Below the pieces are notes generated by a model. The model was not told where the DNA came from. It worked only from the letters and a program-made list of their open reading frames with translations, and did not search any database. Made by a program: the position numbers and the translations under genes. A DNA stretch of 64,000 nucleotides from an uncultured Flavobacterium sp. Lineage in GTDB: Bacteria > Bacteroidota > Bacteroidia > Flavobacteriales > Flavobacteriaceae. The stretch is taken from assembly GCA_963512955.1 (NCBI GenBank), contig CAUPOP010000010.1, forward strand, positions 14,157 through 78,156, given 5' to 3'. Of the stretch, positions 24,315-32,471 are shown one piece after another. Every line of letters starts with the position of its first letter. Position 1 is the stretch's first letter.

Positions 24315-26906
24315 ATGATTCAAGATATTTCATTGGGACTACTCGATACCTATAAAGAAACTATCAATTCATACGATGAAGTTTTGGACCAAAACGGCCA
24401 AGTAAAGCCGTATTGGCAAGGTCTTTTTGATACATTAGATTCTATTGGAATTAAAGAATTAGAATTGCGTAATCAAGAAATCATAAAAAAATTAAAGGAA
24501 AACGGTGTTACCTATAATGTTTATGACTCTAATAATAAATCCAATCGAGCGTGGAAACTTGATCCTATTCCGTTTTTAATTCACCAATCTGAGTGGGAAA
24601 CAATCGAAAAAGGATTAAAGCAAAGAGCCCACCTACTAGATTTGATTTTGAAGGATATTTATGGTCCTCAACTATTGATAAAAAATGCAATTATTCCTCC
24701 TGAATTAATATATGATAATTCTGGTTTTCTATTACCTTGCTTTGATATCAAACAAAAATCCAATAAACAATTGCTTAATTATGCCGTTGATTTAGCGCGT
24801 GGTCCTGATGGAAAAATGTGGTTATTAGACAACCGAACCCAATCACCATCTGGAGCAGGATATGCACTCGAAAATAGAATTGTAATGAGTAAGGTTTTAC
24901 CTGAACTCAATAAAAAAACATACCGAAGCAGACTTTCGCCTTATTTTAGTCAGTTGCAACAAACTGTTGATTCCTTAGGGAATAATACCAATGAAAATCC
25001 AAATGTGGTCTTCCTGACTCCAGGTCCAGGAAATGAAACCTATTTTGAACATGTCTACCTTTCTTCATACTTAGGATATACTTTAGTACAAGGAAATGAT
25101 TTGTTAGTTAGAGATGGTTTTGTATGGTTGAAATCTATAGATCAATTGGAACGTGTTGATGTAATCATAAAACGCCTCGATGATGCATGGTGTGATCCTC
25201 TTGAATTAAGAAGAGATTCTTTATTAGGAATTCCCGGTTTATTACAAGTAATTCGTTTAGGGAATGTATCTGTTTTAAACCCTCCGGGAACTAGTGTTTT
25301 AGAAAATTATGGTTTAATGGCATTTATGCAAAATGCATGTAAATTTTTACTTAACGAACCATTGCTGATGAATTCAGTAGCTACATGGTGGTGTGGACAA
25401 ACAAAAGAATTGAATTTTGTTCTAGAAAATTTACCCAAATTAATCATCAAAAAGACAAACCGAAAACAAGGTTTTAGATCTATTTATGGTCGTTTATTGA
25501 ATGAGGAACAATTAGAGGATTTAAAGAATCTAATTCTAAAAAATCCAAAAGAATTTGTAGCTCAAGAAGAAGTAAGTTTATCAACAACTCCTTCTTTTAT
25601 AAACGGAACTATAGAACCAAGATTCGCTGCCATGAGAGCCTTTTTAGTCGCTGATGGTGATGATTATAAAGTAATGCAGGGAGGCTTGACAAGAAGTTCT
25701 GCTGTAAAAGGGAAATTTGAAATTTCGAATCAATTAGGTGGGATTTCAAAAGATACTTGGATTATAACAGATACCGCAAATGAATATATTGAAAAAATTG
25801 TAGAACGAAAAAATACAAATAACCAATTAAATAATTCACTGACAAGTAGAAATGCAGAAAATCTATTTTGGGTTGGTCGCTTGTGCGAAAGAACAATAGC
25901 GCTAAGAAGTTTTCTAAAAATAATCCTGAATAGACTTAATGAAAACGTAACTACTAAAGAAAATAAACAACCTGAGTTTCTAATTGTTCTACTAAAATCA
26001 TTAACGCATCTTACTCAAACTTATCCAGGATTTGTAGGTGACAAATCTAAAGATGGGGAATTACTTAATAATGACACCATTTTTGAAAACCCTATTTCTG
26101 AATTGCTGCTTTTGATAAATGATTCTCGAAAAACGGGATCGGTTACCTATAATGTTCAAGCTTTACTGAACACCATTAATCAGGTTAGTGAAAAATGGAA
26201 TCATGATACCAGACGCATCATCAATTTAGTGGAAGATAGTTTATCATCACTCAAAAACACCAATACAAATAATATCAATCAGGTAAATCATGCGTTAGAC
26301 AAATTGCATATTCGTCTTTTTTCATTTTATGGAAATATATACGAAACACTTCCTAGAGATAATGGATTTTACTTATTGGAAACTGGTAAAAATGTAGAGC
26401 GAATTCTAACTTTAATTTCTGTTTTACGATCTACTTTCAGCTATAAAAAAATTGATGAAGAAGAAACCGTTTTAATGGAAGCAATTCTAGAAAACCATCA
26501 TTTATTAGCGCAATATAGAAATATTTACAAATCGCATTTGAGTTTAAAAGCAGTTATTAATATGGTGTTTCTAGAAAAGAACTTGCCTTTTACACTCTCT
26601 TATTTATTAGACACACTTTCACAATACTTGGATAAATTACCAAAAACAATGGAACCAAACCGATTGAGCATTGCCGAAAAATCTGTTTTGGAAGCAAGTA
26701 CAATTATAAAATTAATCAATGCCGAAAGTTTAATACAAGTAGATGAAGCAACTCAATTCAGACCTGAGTTAGATCAAACCCTTTCGAATGTTTTCGAATT
26801 AATTTCGAATGTTTCAAATAACTTAGCGAGCTTGTATTTTAATCATTCCGTACTACAACATTCTGTTTTGGACACACTTGAAAATATAGATTCTGATGAA
26901 ATATAA
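24315..26906 (+). CDS. circularly permuted type-2 ATP-grasp protein fused to an alpha-E domain
   Basis: N-terminal YDEVLDQNGQVKPYWQGLF...NRAWKLDPIPFLI (CP_ATPgrasp_2-like). C-terminal third has AENLFWVGRLCERTIALRSFL (alpha-E-like). Confidence 0.75.
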   Translation: MIQDISLGLLDTYKETINSYDEVLDQNGQVKPYWQGLFDTLDSIGIKELELRNQEIIKKLKENGVTYNVYDSNNKSNRAWKLDPIPFLIHQSEWETIEKGLKQRAHLLDLILKDIYGPQLLIKNAIIPPELIYDNSGFLLPCFDIKQKSNKQLLNYAVDLARGPDGKMWLLDNRTQSPSGAGYALENRIVMSKVLPELNKKTYRSRLSPYFSQLQQTVDSLGNNTNENPNVVFLTPGPGNETYFEHVYLSSYLGYTLVQGNDLLVRDGFVWLKSIDQLERVDVIIKRLDDAWCDPLELRRDSLLGIPGLLQVIRLGNVSVLNPPGTSVLENYGLMAFMQNACKFLLNEPLLMNSVATWWCGQTKELNFVLENLPKLIIKKTNRKQGFRSIYGRLLNEEQLEDLKNLILKNPKEFVAQEEVSLSTTPSFINGTIEPRFAAMRAFLVADGDDYKVMQGGLTRSSAVKGKFEISNQLGGISKDTWIITDTANEYIEKIVERKNTNNQLNNSLTSRNAENLFWVGRLCERTIALRSFLKIILNRLNENVTTKENKQPEFLIVLLKSLTHLTQTYPGFVGDKSKDGELLNNDTIFENPISELLLLINDSRKTGSVTYNVQALLNTINQVSEKWNHDTRRIINLVEDSLSSLKNTNTNNINQVNHALDKLHIRLFSFYGNIYETLPRDNGFYLLETGKNVERILTLISVLRSTFSYKKIDEEETVLMEAILENHHLLAQYRNIYKSHLSLKAVINMVFLEKNLPFTLSYLLDTLSQYLDKLPKTMEPNRLSIAEKSVLEASTIIKLINAESLIQVDEATQFRPELDQTLSNVFELISNVSNNLASLYFNHSVLQHSVLDTLENIDSDEI

Positions 26907-27762
26907 ATTAAAACATCAAACAATTTATACCTACGTAAATGCAGTTCATAATTACCAAAGTATTGTGTGCTTACAACCGCTGAATTCTGCTAAACAAATA
27001 TGCAGTAACTTCAAAATAGAAATTGAACCTAGACCTGCCAAAATTTATAGTCGGAAGGATTTTTTTGGAAATACTTTGCACTATTTTTCGCTTCATGAAT
27101 CGCATAAATCTCTGAAGGTTTTAGTATCTAGCGACATTGAAGTTCTTAATGATATTATTCAGCCTTTAAATCCAATTAGCTGTGAAGATGCAAGGAAAAA
27201 ATTCCAAATGGATCATTCACTAAAAATTGAAGTTTTACAATATCAATTGCCAAGCCAATTCATACAATGGGACGAGGAAATAATTGCTTTTGCACAAAGT
27301 TGCCTCCTTCCAGAGATTTCGCTTTTTGAAGGAATTTTAAATTTAATCAAAAAAATATACACCGAATTCCAATTCAAATCTGGCTCAACAAATATAAATA
27401 CTCCATTAAAAACCGTTTTAAAAGAGAGAAAGGGAGTTTGTCAAGATTTTTCACATTTAGCGATTGCTAGTTTGAGAAGTGTTGGTATTCCTGCTCGATA
27501 CGTGAGTGGTTATATTGAAACTTTACCGCCAAAAGGCAAACCTAAACTTGAAGGTTCTGATGCGTCACACGCTTGGATATCAGTATATATTCCAGAAATG
27601 GGTTGGTGCGAATTTGACCCAACTAACAATATGATTCCGCAACAAAGACATATTGTAACTGCTTATGGAAGAGATTTTGCTGATGTATCTCCGCTTAAAG
27701 GAATCATTTTTAGTTCCGGAGAACATAAAGTAAAAGTTGAAGTTGATGTTATTCCAGTCTAA
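26896..27762 (+). CDS. transglutaminase-family protein (Bact_transglu_N + transglutaminase core)
   Basis: GVCQDFSHLAIASLRSVGIPARYVSGY (Cys), DASHAWISVY (His), CEFDPTN (Asp). Overlaps the upstream gene by 11 nt. Confidence 0.85.
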   Translation: MKYKLKHQTIYTYVNAVHNYQSIVCLQPLNSAKQICSNFKIEIEPRPAKIYSRKDFFGNTLHYFSLHESHKSLKVLVSSDIEVLNDIIQPLNPISCEDARKKFQMDHSLKIEVLQYQLPSQFIQWDEEIIAFAQSCLLPEISLFEGILNLIKKIYTEFQFKSGSTNINTPLKTVLKERKGVCQDFSHLAIASLRSVGIPARYVSGYIETLPPKGKPKLEGSDASHAWISVYIPEMGWCEFDPTNNMIPQQRHIVTAYGRDFADVSPLKGIIFSSGEHKVKVEVDVIPV

Positions 27763-27858
27763 TAATTTAAAAAAAACAAACTCATAAAAAAAAAGCACCC
27801 CCTACTAACGGCTCGAAAAGCATCGATTATAGATCAGAATACAGCAAATGCTTTATTT

Positions 27859-28677
27859 ATGGAAATTATGGAATCAGAAATACCGTTTGGTTATCAACAA
27901 GCTAATTGCCATAATATTTCGCATTACATAAGTTTGCTATTTGAATCTAAAGGGTATTCTTGTGCCAAAATTTGGGCATTTGCACCTGTAATTTACTCCG
28001 TGTCTAGTTCAAAATTAATTTCGTTTACAGATAAAAAAAAACTATCCCCAAACGGAAAAATTGACTGGGGTTATCATGTTGCTCCAATATTACAAGTCAA
28101 AATTGGAAATAAGGTTCGCAAAATGGTTATTGACCCAAGTCTGTTTCCTAGAGGTCCTGTTCGATATAGAACTTGGTTAGGCAAACTCAAAACCAGAAAA
28201 CTTATTTATCTGATTATGGATTCTGATTGGTATTTATTTAATTCTTCAATTATTCCTAATTATCAATTACAATTTAATTCTGAGGAGGATTTACAACATA
28301 TAAACAAACCAAATCTAAAATTACCAGAATCCTTTTCCAATAAATTAATTACTGATTTTTTTAAATATGAAGAAGATTGCAAAAATAATCATTGGGTAGA
28401 AAAAGGACTTGCTATCAATGAAACCGCAATTGAATTCTACAATACCGAAATTAAACCCATACTCAGTTTAGGTTCCCACAAAGAATTAGTAAATGATTAT
28501 AAAAATTTAGTAGGGAATGTTTTCAATTTTGAAACCATATTTAGAGATGAAATGCAGAATGACGAAATGAATATGGAATTCCAAAATAAGCACCAAATCA
28601 TAATTGCAAAATACCGCACAATTTATGCTTCTAATGTATTGAAATGGCAAGAATCTTTGGCGAAATTAAACAAATAG
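27859..28677 (+). CDS. hypothetical protein, possible protein-glutaminase-like Cys-His-Asp hydrolase
   Basis: QQANCHNISHYI (C17), DWGYHVAPIL (H73), MVIDPSLF (D92). The order and the His-Asp spacing resemble papain-fold protein glutaminases. Inference only. Confidence 0.35.
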   Translation: MEIMESEIPFGYQQANCHNISHYISLLFESKGYSCAKIWAFAPVIYSVSSSKLISFTDKKKLSPNGKIDWGYHVAPILQVKIGNKVRKMVIDPSLFPRGPVRYRTWLGKLKTRKLIYLIMDSDWYLFNSSIIPNYQLQFNSEEDLQHINKPNLKLPESFSNKLITDFFKYEEDCKNNHWVEKGLAINETAIEFYNTEIKPILSLGSHKELVNDYKNLVGNVFNFETIFRDEMQNDEMNMEFQNKHQIIIAKYRTIYASNVLKWQESLAKLNK

Positions 28678-28710
28678 CATGGGCCAAAGCATACTTTTTT
28701 ATAAGAAATA

Positions 28711-28742
28711 AAAAAGGTTTAGACGTTAATCTAAACCTTTTT
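28711..28742. terminator. bidirectional rho-independent terminator between convergent genes
   Basis: AAAAAGGTTTAGA-cgttaa-TCTAAACCTTTTT, with A-run and T-run flanks. Confidence 0.75.
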
Positions 28743-28748
28743 TTGTAT

Positions 28749-30212
28749 TTACAATTTATTGATAAAACTACCGTAAATATCTTTGAATTGATATCCTTCT
28801 GAAAAACGATCTTTGCTCAATTTTTTATATTCAACTAGCCCCCAAAGAATAAATTCTTTCATAAAAAACTTATCTTCTTTTTTAATTTCTGGCTGGTATT
28901 TTTTGATTAAAACCTCTAGAGGCACAATACTTCCTAAGATTTTTTGGTACTCCTCATCAGAACAATCATCTAATAATTCAAATCCGCTTTCCGCAAAAAA
29001 CCATTCTACAATATCCGTATAAGGATTTTTCTCTCCTTGTTTTTCTAATTTTTCAATTTTTGGAAAATAAGCTGGGAAGAACGTATGAATGGCATCGCCT
29101 ATTAAATGTTGTGCTACAAGAGCTGCACCTTCCTGCTCCCCTTCATAAACCAATTCCACTTTACCTGTAATAGAAGGAATTATTCCCATAAAATCAGACA
29201 ATCGTAAAGTAGTTTTATCTGCTCCTGATTTTAAGGCACGACGTTCTGCTGTACTTAATAAATTTTCAAAAGCAGTAATACTTAATCGCGCGCTTACTCC
29301 GCTTTTATGATCTATAAATTCACTTTCTCTAGCTTCAAAACTAATTTGTTCCAATAAATCTTTTGCTAATGAAGGAACATAAACTAAATCACTTTGCAAT
29401 ATATCTAACTTAGCTTCTTGCTCCGTAATTGTTCTAGCAATTTTTATAGTTTCTGGATAATGTGTCAAAATTTGGGAACCAATTCTATCTTTTAATGGTG
29501 TCACAATACTTCCTCGGTTAGTATAATCTTCTGGATTTGCAGTGAATACAAATTGCATGTCAAGTGGCATTCTGATTTTAAATCCTCTGATTTGAATATC
29601 ACCTTCTTGCAGGATATTGAATAACGCAACTTGAATTCGAGCTTGTAAATCTGGTAATTCGTTGATGACAAAAATAGAACGGTTTGCACGAGGAATCATC
29701 CCAAAATGAATCACACGATCATCTGCATAAGATAGTTTTAAATTAGCTGCTTTTATTGGATCTACATCACCTATCAAATCTGCAACAGTAACATCAGGAG
29801 TAGCTAATTTTTCATAAAAACGATCGCTTCGATGCAACCAAGAAATTGGAGTGTCATCCCCTTTTGCAGCAATAATTTCTTTAGCAAATCGCGAAATAGG
29901 TTTTAACGGATCGTCATTAATTTCTGAACCGCTCACATACGGAATGTATTCGTCTAGCAATTCAATCATTTTTCGAGCCAACCGAGTTTTGGCTTGACCA
30001 CGAAGACCTAATAAATTGATGTTATGACGGGATAAAATGGCACGTTCTAATTCAGGAATTACAGTATTCTCGAAGCCATGAACACCTTCGAAAGTTTTGA
30101 TTCCTGATTTTATTTTTTCTCTAAGGTTAGCACGCAATTCATCCTTAATACTTTTACTTTCGTAACCCGCTTTTTTTAATTCGCCGAGTGTGTGTATGTT
30201 TTCTATTTTCAT
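28749..30212 (-). CDS. AAA+ ATPase, Mg-chelatase subunit I-like
   Basis: 487 aa; NINLLGLRGQAKTRLARKM (Walker A variant), FVINELPDL (Walker B region). Paired with the vWA gene that lies upstream of it on the minus strand. Confidence 0.65.
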   Translation of the reverse strand: MKIENIHTLGELKKAGYESKSIKDELRANLREKIKSGIKTFEGVHGFENTVIPELERAILSRHNINLLGLRGQAKTRLARKMIELLDEYIPYVSGSEINDDPLKPISRFAKEIIAAKGDDTPISWLHRSDRFYEKLATPDVTVADLIGDVDPIKAANLKLSYADDRVIHFGMIPRANRSIFVINELPDLQARIQVALFNILQEGDIQIRGFKIRMPLDMQFVFTANPEDYTNRGSIVTPLKDRIGSQILTHYPETIKIARTITEQEAKLDILQSDLVYVPSLAKDLLEQISFEARESEFIDHKSGVSARLSITAFENLLSTAERRALKSGADKTTLRLSDFMGIIPSITGKVELVYEGEQEGAALVAQHLIGDAIHTFFPAYFPKIEKLEKQGEKNPYTDIVEWFFAESGFELLDDCSDEEYQKILGSIVPLEVLIKKYQPEIKKEDKFFMKEFILWGLVEYKKLSKDRFSEGYQFKDIYGSFINKL

Positions 30213-30249
30213 GTGTGTGAATTGTCTTTCTACTTGTTTCTTTCTCTAA

Positions 30250-31368
30250 TTATTTTATTCTCTTTTTTCTGTTGGTTTCATAATCTTCAAAAATCATTTC
30301 ACCTAAACCTTTCAAACCGGTATAAAATGCTTTTCCTTGATTTGCCTCTGTAAATCTATTTACAAATTTTTGCAAATAAGGATCATTTGCAATCATAAAT
30401 GTGGTTATGGGAATATGCAATTTTCGAGCTTGTTGCGCTTGAGTATAACATTTGTCTACAATATATTCATCAAGACCATTGCTATTCATATAATAAGAAC
30501 CATCTTTTTCACGAACACAGCTTGGTTTACCATCTGTAATCATAAAAATTTGTTTGTTTGTATTTCTCTTTCTACGAAGTAAATCCATAGCCAGTTGTAA
30601 TCCAGCAACCGTATTAGTGTGGTAAGGCCCGACTTTTAAATACGGTAAATCACTGATAGAAATTGTCCAAGCATCATTTCCAAAAACCAAAATATCTAAA
30701 GTATCTTTTGGATAACGTGTTGTAATTAATTCAGCTAGAGCCATTGCAACTTTTTTGGCAGGTGTAATTCGGTCTTCTCCATACAAAATCATACTGTGAC
30801 TAATATCAATCATCAATACCGTACTCATTTGGGATTTATACTGGGTTTCTTCAACAACCAAATCATTTTCTGTAAGCATAAAATCAGCAACACCATTATT
30901 GATTTGGGCATTACGCAAGCTTTCAGTCAAAGAAATTCGTTCCAGTCCATCCCCAAAATGAAATTCACGGAATTCACCCGTATGTTCATCTCCGTTTCCT
31001 ACATGTTTTGTTTTGTGATTTCCAGTTCCAGAACGTTTTAGATTTCCAAAAATATTGTCCAATGCTTGTTGTCTAATCGCACGTTCAGTCTTGGCGGTAA
31101 TTCCTATTCCTGAAGTTCCATCGTCTTTTAGTTCTTCTCGGATATAGCCTTTTTTCTTTAAATCTTCAATGAAATCATCAATTGTGTAGTGTTCATCAGT
31201 AAGTTTATATTCTTTATCTAATTCACGTAACCAATCGATAGCTTCATCAAAATCTCCTGAAGTATGTGTGATTAATTCTTTGAAAATACCAAAGAGTTTG
31301 TCAAACGGAGACTGGAATGGAGCTTCGTATTGCTTGAAATAAAATCCTTTTCTATTATCTTTTTCCAT
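30250..31368 (-). CDS. vWA domain-containing protein
   Basis: VLMIDISHSM (MIDAS DxSxS), ITDGKPS further on; 372 aa. Confidence 0.75.
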   Translation of the reverse strand: MEKDNRKGFYFKQYEAPFQSPFDKLFGIFKELITHTSGDFDEAIDWLRELDKEYKLTDEHYTIDDFIEDLKKKGYIREELKDDGTSGIGITAKTERAIRQQALDNIFGNLKRSGTGNHKTKHVGNGDEHTGEFREFHFGDGLERISLTESLRNAQINNGVADFMLTENDLVVEETQYKSQMSTVLMIDISHSMILYGEDRITPAKKVAMALAELITTRYPKDTLDILVFGNDAWTISISDLPYLKVGPYHTNTVAGLQLAMDLLRRKRNTNKQIFMITDGKPSCVREKDGSYYMNSNGLDEYIVDKCYTQAQQARKLHIPITTFMIANDPYLQKFVNRFTEANQGKAFYTGLKGLGEMIFEDYETNRKKRIK

Positions 31369-31435
31369 AGAAAATAAATTTACGCCATTTTAAAATGTAG
31401 TTCAAACAAACGTTTATTAATTTTTAGTTAAAAAC

Positions 31436-31816
31436 TCAATAAAATAATCCATCTACATAAAACCAACTTCCGTTTTCGAAGACAAAAGTGGAGTCTTCAT
31501 GATGAATTTGTTTTTTTCCGTTGCAATCTATAAAATAGGCCTTGAATTCTACCGTGTTTTCTGTAGCCTTAATAATTTCTAGTTTCAACCATTTATTACT
31601 TACCGACCAATTCAAAATATCAGATTTCAAATGATATTTTCTTTCTGAAACATGAGTAGTTTCAACTAAATAATCGACGGCATGAGTAACATAAGCAACA
31701 TATCTAGAGCGCATCAAAGCTTCAGCAGTAGGTGCTTTTTTTGTACCATTTATAAAGAGTTCACAGCAGTCTGATGCATTGTTTTGCGAACCACAGTAGC
31801 ATTTATTTTGCGCCAT
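31436..31816 (-). CDS. YchJ-family (UPF0225, SEC-C motif) protein
   Basis: CYCGSQNNASDCCELFINGTKKAPTAEALMRSRYVAYV. Confidence 0.8.
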   Translation of the reverse strand: MAQNKCYCGSQNNASDCCELFINGTKKAPTAEALMRSRYVAYVTHAVDYLVETTHVSERKYHLKSDILNWSVSNKWLKLEIIKATENTVEFKAYFIDCNGKKQIHHEDSTFVFENGSWFYVDGLFY

Positions 31817-31822
31817 TTCAAA

Positions 31823-32050
31823 TTAAATTTGGCCGTCAAGTGCAATAATTTTTTGATGCAATTGATTCAACAATACTTGATATTTACTAATTTCAATTAA
31901 ATCTTCATCATCTTCAAGAAAATCAAGTAATTCATCTAATTCTTCACTTACTTCCGCTAATTTATTGTTTGCTTCTCTTCCGTTTCTATTTGCAATCAAA
32001 TCAATTATTTCTTGAACTCCTTTTTTAAGATCTGTAAATTTATCTTCCAT
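31823..32050 (-). CDS. hypothetical small acidic protein
   Basis: 75-aa ORF 6 nt upstream of ychJ-like gene; no motif recognised. Confidence 0.4.
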   Translation of the reverse strand: MEDKFTDLKKGVQEIIDLIANRNGREANNKLAEVSEELDELLDFLEDDEDLIEISKYQVLLNQLHQKIIALDGQI

Positions 32051-32065
32051 ATTTAGTTGTATTTA

Positions 32066-32215
32066 TTATTGTTCTGAAGCTTTACTATCATTAAACTTCT
32101 TCGCTATTTGTTTTAATTTTTCCTTACGAAGAATTTCTGCTTGCTTGACTTTATCTTGCGCTTTGTGCAATTTATCGTTATGCTTTTTAATATTTCTTTC
32201 GTTATTTCTACCCAT
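32066..32215 (-). CDS. possible small Lys-rich protein (49 aa), not in ORF track
   Basis: Hand translation MGRNNERNIKKHNDKLHKAQDKVKQAEILRKEKLKQIAKKFNDSKASEQ*. In frame (150 nt) and co-oriented with downstream genes. Confidence 0.3.
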   Translation of the reverse strand: MGRNNERNIKKHNDKLHKAQDKVKQAEILRKEKLKQIAKKFNDSKASEQ

Positions 32216-32471
32216 AATTAAGTTTGTTATTCTTCTCAGACTTTTGACAAAGATAAAAATTAGTTTAGCTATTCCCTTGTTATTAAAGAGAAAACGAGAG
32301 ATTTAAGAAATTTACTAAAAAGAGTTTTAAATAATTCTTTAAAATTGATAGTAACTTTAAATAAAAATAGTTAATTTTAAATTTATAATCGAAAATGAAA
32401 TACAGATAATTTAAAATTAACTTTTATTATCTATACAACTCGCTTAGCCCCGAAGCCTATCAAAACAATAA

